This document shows positions 39,032 to 48,280 of a DNA stretch of 64,000 nucleotides, piece by piece. Position 1 is the stretch's first letter; every line of letters starts with the position of its first letter. This stretch comes from an uncultured delta proteobacterium (GTDB lineage Bacteria > Desulfobacterota > Desulfobacteria > Desulfobacterales > Desulfatirhabdiaceae): assembly GCA_963789395.1 (NCBI GenBank), contig CAWBKP010000021.1, positions 64,001 to 128,000 on the forward strand. The letters run 5' to 3'. Below the pieces are notes generated by a model. It ran no database searches, was not told the DNA's origin, and saw only the letters and a program-made list of their open reading frames with translations. The position numbers were made by a program, and so were the translations under genes.

Positions 39032-40153
39032 GTGAACTGGATACGTGTCAGAGAACTGGTCCGCAAGGAATTCATCCAGCTGTTCCGGGATAAAAAAAAC
39101 CGGCCGCTGTTGATTGTTGCGCCGCTCGTTCAGCTCATTCTTTTCGGCTATGTGGTATCAACCGATGTCCGCGACATTACCGTCGGCCTGCTGGATCTCA
39201 GCCACACTGCGGAGAGCCGGATGCTGGTGGACGCAATCGGCGGAAACAAGACATTCCGCATCACCGAGGTTGTCGAAAGCCCTGAAGAGCTGGACCGGCT
39301 GATGCTGATGCGCAAGGTCAACCTGGGGATCAAGATTCCGCCGGATTTCAGCGCAACAATCCGCAAAGGCCGAACCGCCGACGTTCAGATTCTGGCCGAC
39401 GGCAGCATGAGCAATATGGCCGCTGTGCGGATATCCTATATGCTTACGGTGCTGGAGCGGTTTAACAATCAGATGATCCGGGAGCTTCATCCTGTAAGAA
39501 TGTCCTACGGAAAGGCCGATGACCGCATTCGCACCTGGTATAACCCCAATCTGGACAGCCGCAATTTTTACGTTCCCGGTATCGTGGCGTTTCTGATCAT
39601 GCTGCTGGTCATGCTCCTGACTTCGATGGCCATTATCCGGGAAAAGGAATCCGGAACCATGGAGCAGCTCATGGTTACCCCGTTAAAGCCCATTGAGATG
39701 ATTCTGGGAAAAACCATTCCCTTCATCCTTATCGCCCAGGCCCAGATGATCATGGTGACGCTGTTTGCGGTGTTCTGGTTCGACATTCCCCTGGTGGGCA
39801 GCATCTCGCTGCTGCTGGTGGCAACCTGTCTGTTTTTGCTCAGCACGCTGGGGATAGGCCTGTTTATCTCCACGGTATCCGCAACCCAGCAGCAGGCCAT
39901 GATGACGACGTTTTTCTTTATATTGCCGTTTTTTATGCTGAGCGGGTTCGTGTTTCCCGTCGCCAACATGCCCAAAGTCGTTCAGTGGCTGACTTACTTG
40001 AACCCGCTGAAATATTTTTTAATTATTATCCGGGGGGTATTTTTAAAAGGGACCGGACTGGACGCCCTCTGGCCCCAGTTTATCGGTCTTTTAGTTCTTG
40101 GCTCGGTGGTGTTCTGGGGCGCTGTCCGCCTGTTCCGGAAAAGGTTGGATTAA
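39032..40153 (+). CDS. ABC-2 permease (YbhR-like)
   Basis: RKEFIQLFRD, WYNPNLDS, IREKESGTMEQL, LSGFVFP; likely GTG start at 39032. Confidence 0.9.
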   Translation: MNWIRVRELVRKEFIQLFRDKKNRPLLIVAPLVQLILFGYVVSTDVRDITVGLLDLSHTAESRMLVDAIGGNKTFRITEVVESPEELDRLMLMRKVNLGIKIPPDFSATIRKGRTADVQILADGSMSNMAAVRISYMLTVLERFNNQMIRELHPVRMSYGKADDRIRTWYNPNLDSRNFYVPGIVAFLIMLLVMLLTSMAIIREKESGTMEQLMVTPLKPIEMILGKTIPFILIAQAQMIMVTLFAVFWFDIPLVGSISLLLVATCLFLLSTLGIGLFISTVSATQQQAMMTTFFFILPFFMLSGFVFPVANMPKVVQWLTYLNPLKYFLIIIRGVFLKGTGLDALWPQFIGLLVLGSVVFWGAVRLFRKRLD

Positions 40154-40394
40154 TATTAGGTCTGTTCGGAAGCACGGTTATGATTGTAAATCTGAAATTC
40201 AAAACAGGGTGAATGAATCCTTTGTTCTGCACCTGAATTTTCTGGGTGATTTTGTGGGGTCCCAGGCCGTGCTGCAGTCTGCGATTGTATTTATTCTTGC
40301 AATCTGGCCTGGATTCGGATGATTCGTCAAGCATTTCGGATATCCGGGCGGTGTTTCATACGCCATCATGGCGCTTTTTTTCGGGAATGGCCGG

Positions 40395-41108
40395 TTATCC
40401 GTGCAGTTTTCGGATTCGAAAGAGTTCCTGAAAGACAAAGAGCGATTTTTTCAGACTGTCGTACTGGATTCGGGAGTTACCCACGTGGCGCCAGTTCACG
40501 GGAAATTCCGCAACTCGGAATCCGGCTTTTTGGGCGAGCCAGAGGATTTCCGGGTCAAAGATCACGCTGCTGAGTTTCTGCAGGGAAAACAGCCGCCGGG
40601 CAGCGGCTTTGGTGAACATTTTGAACCCGCACTGGGTGTCCTTGTAGAAAATCCCCAGATATGCCATCTGGATCAGGGTATAGAGCTTTGCGGAAAGCTC
40701 CCGGAAAAAATTCTGATGGTCCGCGACCACGGCGCCGGCTGCGGTCCGGGAGCCCATGGCCACATCAAACCCGGACTCAATCAGGTAAATTCCTTTTGTG
40801 ATCTCTTCGATCGGTACCGCATAGTCCGCATCCATGAACAGGAGCATCTCCCCGTTTCCGGCCAGCATGCCTGTCCGGACTGCATACCCTTTTCCCCGGT
40901 TGGGATGATATTCGATCACCCGCAGGTCAACCCTGTCTCCGGAGTCGATGCCTTCCACAACCGATCGGGTGTGATCCGAGCTGCCGTCACTGACAACAAT
41001 GATTTCGCTGTGAAAATGCTGCCGGTTTAAAAAGGCAAGGGAGGCTTCCAGGGTATGAATAATCCGGTCTTCTTCATTATAGGCCGGAATAATGATGGAG
41101 AGTTTCAC
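40395..41108 (-). CDS. Glycosyltransferase family 2 (polyprenol-phosphate glycosyltransferase-like)
   Basis: LSIIIPAYNE, DGSSD, NRGKG, MDAD, DTQCGFK. Confidence 0.9.
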   Translation of the reverse strand: MKLSIIIPAYNEEDRIIHTLEASLAFLNRQHFHSEIIVVSDGSSDHTRSVVEGIDSGDRVDLRVIEYHPNRGKGYAVRTGMLAGNGEMLLFMDADYAVPIEEITKGIYLIESGFDVAMGSRTAAGAVVADHQNFFRELSAKLYTLIQMAYLGIFYKDTQCGFKMFTKAAARRLFSLQKLSSVIFDPEILWLAQKAGFRVAEFPVNWRHVGNSRIQYDSLKKSLFVFQELFRIRKLHG

Positions 41109-41295
41109 GCGGGGGGTTCCTTTCGAACATAATCTGGTATACAACAGCCGATACGGCATAGATGATTAAAAATGCAAGGACGATATCGCTCAGGAAATAA
41201 CCGCCTTAAAGGGTTCGAACCAGTCCCGCGACAGCGCCGTAAAGTATGGTGGCGAGAATGGACCTGGAAAAATCCGTGACAGGCCCACCATCGCA

Positions 41296-43035
41296 CTACC
41301 TGCAGACGAACTGCATTTCATAGAGTTTGTGGTATTCCCCCTGTCTGGCCATCAGATCATCATGGGACCCCTGTTCAATGATCTGGCCATTCACAATAAC
41401 GATAATCCGGTCGGCATATCCGATGGTTGAGAGTCTGTGGGCGATGACAAAGGTGGTGCGGCCTTTCATGAGATTTTCCAGGGCTTTTTGCACCAGCATT
41501 TCGGATTCCGAATCGAGCGATGATGTCGCCTCATCCAGAATCAAAATGGGAGCGTTTTTTAAAAGGGCTCTTGCAATGCACAGCCGCTGTTTTTCGCCGC
41601 CGGAAAGACGGCTGCCCAGCTCGCCGATGGACGTGTCGAACTGCCTGGGAAGGCGCTCGATAAAATCATAGGCAAAGGCTGCCTTGGCAGCGGACACTAT
41701 GTCCGAAAAAGGGGCCAGGGTGTTGCCATAGGCGATGTTGTTGCCAATGGTGTCGTTAAACAGAATGGGTTCCTGCGTCACGATGGCGATCTGTTCGCGA
41801 AGGGACTTCAGGGATGCCTTGCGGATATCGGTTTCATCCACCCGGATGACGCCCTCTGTAACGTCATAAAACCTGGGGATTAAATTGACAAGGGTTGTTT
41901 TTCCGCCGCCGCTCATGCCGACCAGTGCCAGAATTTCACCGGCGTTGACCGTCAGGTTGATGCTCTTTAACACCTGGGTCTCATCGTAACGAAATCCGAC
42001 GTTTTCAAAGGATACGGCATGCGGGCAAAACGGAATCTCGACAGGATGATCGGTTTCCTGAATATCCGAGCGTTTTTCGATGATGTCAAAGGCCCTGTCC
42101 GCTGCGGCCAGACCTTCCTGGATGGAGTTGTTCAGGCTGCTCAGTTTTCTTACCGGGTCATAGAGCATCAAGACTGCCGCCATGAAAGAAAAAAAAGTTC
42201 CGGCAGTGGACTCCCCGCTGATGACCCGATATCCGCCATACCAGATAATGAAGGCAATTCCCAGCCCGGCCAGACATTCCATGACGGGTGAAGAAAGCGA
42301 ACGGGCAATGACTGCCTTCATTTCCAGACGAAAGAGGTTGAGCGTCTTTTCATGAAACCGCTGTTTTTCATAGGATTCCATGCCGAATGCTTTGACGATT
42401 TTATTTCCCGAAAACGTTTCATGCAAAAAAGAATTCAGTTCCGCCATGGATTCCTGGCACCCGGTGCTGACGCGCCTGACGCGCCTGCCGAACTGAACGA
42501 TGGGCAGAAAGGCGACGGGTAGAATGATGATGGCGTATAGAGCCAGCTTCCAGTCCCGGTAAAATATCACGCCCGTAAGACCGATAACGGTAAAACAGTC
42601 CCGCAGCACACTGGTGACGGCCGTGGATACCATGGATTTGATGATATTGACGTCATTTGTGATCCGCGACATCAGTACACCGGTTTTTTCCGCATGAAAA
42701 AAAGACAGCGGCAGATCCTGAATATGATCGTAGAGCATATCCCGAAGCCTGCGGACGATTCCCTGGCCCACATAACTCATAAGATATTCCTGGCCGTACA
42801 TGCCAAATCCGCGGAGCAGGTAGATCACGATGACGGCAACGGGAATCAATGTGAGCATCCGGACATTCTTGTTGAAAAAAATATCATCCAGTACCGGTTT
42901 CACCAGAAAGGCGGTTGCGGAAGTTGCCGCCGCCATGACCAGCATGCACAGCATGGCCAGAAAAAGCCGGAGCCGGTTGTCTTTTATCAAATCAAAGATG
43001 CGCTTGTGTCGGTTTTTGAGCAGGGGGCGAATCAT
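41296..43035 (-). CDS. msbA: Lipid A export ABC transporter MsbA
   Basis: Fused TMD and NBD (GMSGGGKTT, LSGGEKQR, LDEATS), downstream of lpxB. Confidence 0.9.
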   Translation of the reverse strand: MIRPLLKNRHKRIFDLIKDNRLRLFLAMLCMLVMAAATSATAFLVKPVLDDIFFNKNVRMLTLIPVAVIVIYLLRGFGMYGQEYLMSYVGQGIVRRLRDMLYDHIQDLPLSFFHAEKTGVLMSRITNDVNIIKSMVSTAVTSVLRDCFTVIGLTGVIFYRDWKLALYAIIILPVAFLPIVQFGRRVRRVSTGCQESMAELNSFLHETFSGNKIVKAFGMESYEKQRFHEKTLNLFRLEMKAVIARSLSSPVMECLAGLGIAFIIWYGGYRVISGESTAGTFFSFMAAVLMLYDPVRKLSSLNNSIQEGLAAADRAFDIIEKRSDIQETDHPVEIPFCPHAVSFENVGFRYDETQVLKSINLTVNAGEILALVGMSGGGKTTLVNLIPRFYDVTEGVIRVDETDIRKASLKSLREQIAIVTQEPILFNDTIGNNIAYGNTLAPFSDIVSAAKAAFAYDFIERLPRQFDTSIGELGSRLSGGEKQRLCIARALLKNAPILILDEATSSLDSESEMLVQKALENLMKGRTTFVIAHRLSTIGYADRIIVIVNGQIIEQGSHDDLMARQGEYHKLYEMQFVCR

Positions 43036-43044
43036 TTAAAATCC

Positions 43045-43120
43045 GTGAGAGGGTGAAAATGTGAGAACGTGAGAGCGGAAAATGGTTGCCATTTTACGTT
43101 CTCACGTTCTTACGGTTCTT
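43045..43120. repeat. 8-bp-periodic inverted repeat (GTGAGAAC class)
   Basis: GTGAGAGG GTGAAAAT GTGAGAAC GTGAGAGC facing ATTTTAC GTTCTCAC GTTCTTAC. Confidence 0.75.
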
Positions 43121-44255
43121 AAGCATATTCAGGGCAATATCGGCAACCCGGGAAGAGGCTCCCGGGCCGCCAAGCCGGTATCTGACATTTTCAAAGGCAA
43201 GGCGGATGGCATCCAGTGCAGACGGATTGCTGACAAGCCTCAGTACGGTTTCGGCAATCAATTCAGGCGATGCCTGATCCTGAATAAGCTCGGGGACAAT
43301 TTCCCTTTCCGCGATCAGGTTTACCAGCCCGATGTTGTTAACCTTGATCAGGGCTTTGCCCAGCCGGTAACTTAGCGGTGAAACTTTATAGATGATGATG
43401 ACAGGGGTTCCGGCAATCGCTGCTTCCAGGGTTACGGTTCCGGAGGCAGCGACAACCAGATGGGTTTTGGCAAATACGGATCTGGCCCCATCGGAATCAA
43501 TTTCCAGGCTCAGTTCATTCAGAAAGGGAAGGCATAGGGCTTTTATGATGTCGTGTGGCGCTCCGGGGGCCATTGAAACTACAAACCGGATATCCATCCG
43601 CCTGGATAGAATTCCGGCTGCCTGGAGCATGACCGGAAGATGACGGACAATCTCGCTTTCCCTGGACCCGGGCAGAAGGCCGATGACGGGCGGGCAGCCC
43701 TTCAAGGGAGGCTCTGGAGATGGCAGCGGCCCCCTGAACTCATCCAGCAGCGGATGGCCGACAAAAGTTACCGGAATATGATGTTTGCGGTAAAAAGAGG
43801 CTTCAAACGGCAGAATAACCGCGATATGATCCACTAGTCGGCCGATTTTCGTGACCCTTCCGGATCGCCATGCCCAGATCTGCGGGCTGATATAGAAAAG
43901 AACCGGTATGCGCAATTTTTTGGCGATTGCAGCCATCCTCAGATTAAAATCCGGGAAATCAATCAGAATCAAGAGATCCGGGCGCGTGTTTTTCAGATAC
44001 GATCTGGCGGCAGCCATGCCGCTGAGGATACCGGGCAGTTTTGAAAAGACTTCGGTGATCCCGACAACCGATAAGGTTGCGGCATCCACAAGAATTTCGA
44101 CGCCGGCATCCTGCATGGCCTTGCCGCCGATGCCGCTGCAGACAATATGCGGGGAGAGTTTCCTGCAGCGCTTTGACCAGATTTGCCCCGTGAAGGTCTC
44201 CGGAAGCTTCGCCGGCAATTAAGAAAATACGGTGCGCTCTGTTGGACGGATTCAT
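43094..44255 (-). CDS. lpxB: Lipid-A-disaccharide synthase; probable sequencing frameshift at about 44160
   Basis: IAGEASGDLHGA in 43959..44255; IDFPDFN, PQIWAWR, FVGHPL, LLPGSR, SGTVTLE in 43094..44218. Confidence 0.93.
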
Positions 44256-44264
44256 AAGAAGCGG

Positions 44265-45233
44265 TTAAGTTGCATAGCGGGTGCTGGTGGCCTGAATCTG
44301 ATCCATGATGTGCAGGGCGATTTTCAGGGCATCGCGGCCCATCTGGCCGGTAACTTCGGGTTGCTGGCGAAGGGATACGGCTTTTACAAAGGCTGTCAGT
44401 TCATCTTCCAGGGCGTCGCCTTTTAGAAAGGATAGCTTCTGAATTTCAGCACCGGGGACAATGCCGCCGGATGAGGTGCCGTTCTTTCGAATCAGCGTAA
44501 TGTCATGGTTGGCAAAATCCACGGAAACGTAGGCGTCTTTTTGAAAAAGGCGGATTTTTCGCTCGTTTTTTGTGGAAATCCGACTTGCGGTGACATTGGC
44601 GACACATCCGGTCTCAAAGGACAGACGCGCGTTTGCGATGTCTACATGACTGGATATCACCGAAATTCCGGAAGCATGGATGCTCTTGATATCGGACTTG
44701 ACGAAATTCAGGATGATATCGATATCATGAATCATCAGATCCAGAACCACGCTGACGTCGGTGCACCTGGCTTTGAACATGCTGAGCCGGTGGGATTCGA
44801 TGAACATGGGTTTTTTGACGACGCCCTGCAATGCCGCAACTGCCGGGTTAAACCGTTCCAGATGCCCGACCTGGACAATCAGCCCTCTGGATTCAGACAG
44901 GTGAATCAGTTCATCGGCTTCTTCAAGGGAAGTGGTAATCGGTTTTTCAATCAGGACATCGATATCGTTTTCCAGAAAATTTCGGCTGACGACAAAATGC
45001 TCAGGGGTCGGCACGGCAATGCTGACGGCATCCACTTTTCCGATCAGATCCCGGTGATCGTAAAATGCCCGCGTGTTGAATTGTGAGGCGATTCCATCCG
45101 CCAGGCTGCGTTGGGTGTCCACGACGCCAACCAGATCCACGTGTTCCATTGCCGCATATTTTTCAGCATGGAATTTTCCCAGGTACCCGACGCCAATGAC
45201 TCCCAATCGTATTTTTTTCATATCGGTCAACAA
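44265..45233 (-). CDS. Gfo/Idh/MocA oxidoreductase, probable GnnA-like UDP-GlcNAc 3-dehydrogenase
   Basis: GVGYLG, EKP, VGHLERFNP, DLMIHDID; positioned between lpxA and lpxB. Confidence 0.85.
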   Translation of the reverse strand: MLTDMKKIRLGVIGVGYLGKFHAEKYAAMEHVDLVGVVDTQRSLADGIASQFNTRAFYDHRDLIGKVDAVSIAVPTPEHFVVSRNFLENDIDVLIEKPITTSLEEADELIHLSESRGLIVQVGHLERFNPAVAALQGVVKKPMFIESHRLSMFKARCTDVSVVLDLMIHDIDIILNFVKSDIKSIHASGISVISSHVDIANARLSFETGCVANVTASRISTKNERKIRLFQKDAYVSVDFANHDITLIRKNGTSSGGIVPGAEIQKLSFLKGDALEDELTAFVKAVSLRQQPEVTGQMGRDALKIALHIMDQIQATSTRYAT

Positions 45234-45238
45234 GATCG

Positions 45239-46027
45239 CTAATCCTTGCTTTTGCCGCAGCGGGTGACGCCCCGCTGGGATGATTTGATAAAGTCAATAA
45301 ACTGAACGACTTCCGGGATCTGATCCACTTCGGCCTTAGCCCTTTCGATGGCTTCGTTCAGGGTTAAACCGATTCGAAAAATGATGCGATAGGCTTTTTT
45401 TAAAGCGGACAAAGTTGCCGGGGTAAAACCATGCCGTTTCAATCCAACCGAGTTCAAGCTGTGCAATGCGGCCCGATCACCGGCGGCGATCACAAAAGGC
45501 GGGACGTCCTTGACAACGGCGGAAGCACCGCCTACAAAAGCATAATCGCCGATTCGGACAAACTGATGGATGGCGACAATCCCGCCGATGGTGGCGTAAT
45601 TGCCAATGGTGATATGGCCGGCCAGGGTGGCTGCGTTTGCCAGGATCACATTATGGCCTGTGATGCAATCGTGGGCGATGTGGCAATACGCCATGATAAA
45701 ATTTTCTTCACCCACTTGGGTGATTCCCCCGCCGGAAACCGTTCCGCGATTGATCGTGACGAATTCCCGGATAGTGGTTCCCCGTCCGATAGTCAGCAGG
45801 GTTTTCTCTCCTTCGAATTTAAGGGACTGGGGAATCGCTCCGACGGATGCAAACTGAAAAATGCGGCAGTTTTCGCCGATACTCGAATAGGGATCAATCA
45901 CAACATGCGGTCCAATTTCAGTGCCATCGCCGATACGGACATGATCCGCGACAACGGAATAGGCGCCGATCGTCACATTGGCACCTATTTCAGCTTTGGG
46001 ACCGATAATTGCGGTAGGGTGAATCAT
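45239..46027 (-). CDS. lpxA: Acyl-ACP--UDP-GlcNAc acyltransferase
   Basis: IHPTAII, hexapeptide repeats, [24 protein letters not shown]. Confidence 0.97.
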   Translation of the reverse strand: MIHPTAIIGPKAEIGANVTIGAYSVVADHVRIGDGTEIGPHVVIDPYSSIGENCRIFQFASVGAIPQSLKFEGEKTLLTIGRGTTIREFVTINRGTVSGGGITQVGEENFIMAYCHIAHDCITGHNVILANAATLAGHITIGNYATIGGIVAIHQFVRIGDYAFVGGASAVVKDVPPFVIAAGDRAALHSLNSVGLKRHGFTPATLSALKKAYRIIFRIGLTLNEAIERAKAEVDQIPEVVQFIDFIKSSQRGVTRCGKSKD

Positions 46028-46485
46028 ACACTGTCTCCATAAGTGGCCATTAATTCAGCTTCAGCCGCCAGTTTTTCACCGACCATGGCTGTTGCGGATA
46101 TTTTTACGACATGAGATTGTTTTAAGGCATTCGATCGTTTTTTTATAATTTTGACTTCCAGAATCAATTGATCTCCGGGGGTTACCGGTATGCGGAATCT
46201 GACGTGATCAAATCCCATAAAGTAAACGGCACTGGGCATTTTGTTACGCGGCAGATCCGACAGGATCAGAACACCGCCTGCCTGCCCCATTGCCTCAACG
46301 ATCAAAACGCCGGGCATAACTGGCGTAGCCGGAAAATGCCCGGTAAAAAAAGGCTCATTGATGGTGACATTTTTTAATGCCGTCAATTTTTCTCCCGGAA
46401 CCAGATCGATGATCCGATCGATCAACAGCATGGGATACCGGTGCGGCAGCAGCGCTAAGATTTCAGAGATATCCATGACAGGCAC
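46024..46485 (-). CDS. fabZ: 3-hydroxyacyl-ACP dehydratase
   Basis: [38 protein letters not shown]. Confidence 0.96.
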   Translation of the reverse strand: MPVMDISEILALLPHRYPMLLIDRIIDLVPGEKLTALKNVTINEPFFTGHFPATPVMPGVLIVEAMGQAGGVLILSDLPRNKMPSAVYFMGFDHVRFRIPVTPGDQLILEVKIIKKRSNALKQSHVVKISATAMVGEKLAAEAELMATYGDSV

Positions 46486-46489
46486 GATA

Positions 46490-47533
46490 TTATGTCTCCA
46501 TGTTTTTCAGGGTGGTCGCAATTTCATTCAGCCGCTTTTCCATTTCGCCCAGTTTCTTTTTGATCTCGGGGAGCCTTGGAATGATCCGCTGAACCCTCAG
46601 CCATAGTTTATGAGGCATTTCCGGTGATCCGGAAACGGTTACACCGTCGGGAATGGAACCGGCTATGCCGGCCTGGGGCCCGATGGTCACCCGGTCGCCG
46701 ATCGTCAGATGACCCGACACCCCGACCTGGCCTGCCAGTATGCTTTGCCTGCCGATGCGCGTGCTTCCGGAAACACCGACCTGGGCCACCAGAAGGGTGT
46801 TTTCTCCCACGGTAACATTATGGCCGATGTGTACCAGATTGTCGGTTTTAACGCCTTTTTGAATCCAGGTTTTTCCGTAAGTTGCGCGATCGATGGTGTT
46901 TCCCGCCCCGATCTCGACATCATCGTCTATCTGTACAATTCCCAGGTGGGGAATTTTGTGATAGGTGCCATCATCGGGCGTAAATCCGAATCCGTCGCCT
47001 CCGATGACGGTTCCCGCATTTATGGTCACGCGGTTGCCGATCCGGGTGCCGTTCAATATGGTGACGTTGGGGAAAATTTCCACATCGTTGCCAATGACGA
47101 CATGGTCTCCCAGAACCACATGGGGATGAAGGATTACCCGATCTCCAAGGCAGGCATGATCCTGAACTACGGCATAAGGTGCGATGGCGATCCCTTTTCC
47201 CATCTGGACATGCTGGCCGATATGGGCGGCGGGGCTGATACCGGACCATGCCGGAGATGACGGGTGAAACATTCGAACCACGATGGAAAAAGCAAGCTGA
47301 GGGTTCTTGACCCGAATAACGCGGTCATCTTCACCCGGAAAATCAAAAGGAACCAGGATGGCGCCGGCTCCGGTGTCATGAAGCCTTTTGAGAAATTTGG
47401 GGCTGCCGGCAAAGGTGATATCACAACCATCCGCGTTTTCAAACGGCGCAACGCCTGTAATGCATTGCTGGCCATGCCCCTGAATTCGGCCCTGAACCCG
47501 CGAGGCAATCTGGTCAATCGTCAACTTCATCAC
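46490..47533 (-). CDS. lpxD: UDP-3-O-acylglucosamine N-acyltransferase
   Basis: [25 protein letters not shown], hexapeptide repeats. Confidence 0.96.
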   Translation of the reverse strand: MMKLTIDQIASRVQGRIQGHGQQCITGVAPFENADGCDITFAGSPKFLKRLHDTGAGAILVPFDFPGEDDRVIRVKNPQLAFSIVVRMFHPSSPAWSGISPAAHIGQHVQMGKGIAIAPYAVVQDHACLGDRVILHPHVVLGDHVVIGNDVEIFPNVTILNGTRIGNRVTINAGTVIGGDGFGFTPDDGTYHKIPHLGIVQIDDDVEIGAGNTIDRATYGKTWIQKGVKTDNLVHIGHNVTVGENTLLVAQVGVSGSTRIGRQSILAGQVGVSGHLTIGDRVTIGPQAGIAGSIPDGVTVSGSPEMPHKLWLRVQRIIPRLPEIKKKLGEMEKRLNEIATTLKNMET

Positions 47534-47542
47534 AATCAGCCT

Positions 47543-48112
47543 TTATTTTTTCTTTTTTTCTGGTGCTGCCGATGTTTCTTCCGGCTTCGGGGCCTGGGTA
47601 TTGTAAATCTGAATCACGGCATCGGTGATATCAATGGACAAGGGGGCATAGACAACGCCGCCGGTCCGCTTTTCGACTATCAGCGTATAGCCTTCTTTTT
47701 TTCCGATATCCTGAACCAGCTCCACGACTTCTTTCTGGATCCGGCTGATAATTCGCGTTTCCAGCGCTTTGAAATCTTCCATGTATTTCTGCTGAAGTGC
47801 CTTGAAATCGCCGATCTTGATTCTGATTTCCCGTTGTTTCTCATCCCGGACTTCTTTGCTCATGACCAGAGATTCTTTGTCGATCTTTTTTTCAATTTCT
47901 TCAATCTCGGCGCCTCTGTTTTTAAGATCGGATTCCATCAGTTTTCCCTGGTTGTTGATCTCGGCCTGAGCGGTTTTGCCGGCGTTTGAAATCTCAAGGA
48001 TTTTCTGGAAATCCACGACGCCTATTTTGGTGACGTCAGCCGCGGATGATATTCCTGTCAGAAAGAAAAAAGATAATACTCCAACAGCCAGAATGTTTTT
48101 CATCATGTTCAT
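47543..48112 (-). CDS. skp: Skp/OmpH periplasmic chaperone
   Basis: Signal peptide, KIGVVD, coiled coil, DITDAVI; between bamA and lpxD. Confidence 0.93.
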   Translation of the reverse strand: MNMMKNILAVGVLSFFFLTGISSAADVTKIGVVDFQKILEISNAGKTAQAEINNQGKLMESDLKNRGAEIEEIEKKIDKESLVMSKEVRDEKQREIRIKIGDFKALQQKYMEDFKALETRIISRIQKEVVELVQDIGKKEGYTLIVEKRTGGVVYAPLSIDITDAVIQIYNTQAPKPEETSAAPEKKKK

Positions 48113-48280
48113 TTGCTAAAACCCCTTTCAGATATATGGTGCGTGTTTGTATGGAAAATGTCGGAATGCAGCCGGCCCGGTAAAGGTCCGGTTCAGATGC
48201 ACGATACTTTAACTGTTCAGTCAGTTGTTTGTTAAAACTCCTTTGTCCCGTGTTGCAGGCGAATCGGGGCCGGTGTTTTA

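Noticed and set aside
41205..41295. tRNA-like fragments (GGTTCGAAC; minus strand ...TCGCCACCA)
   Set aside because: The two pieces are on opposite strands and no cloverleaf forms; better explained as a hairpin after msbA.
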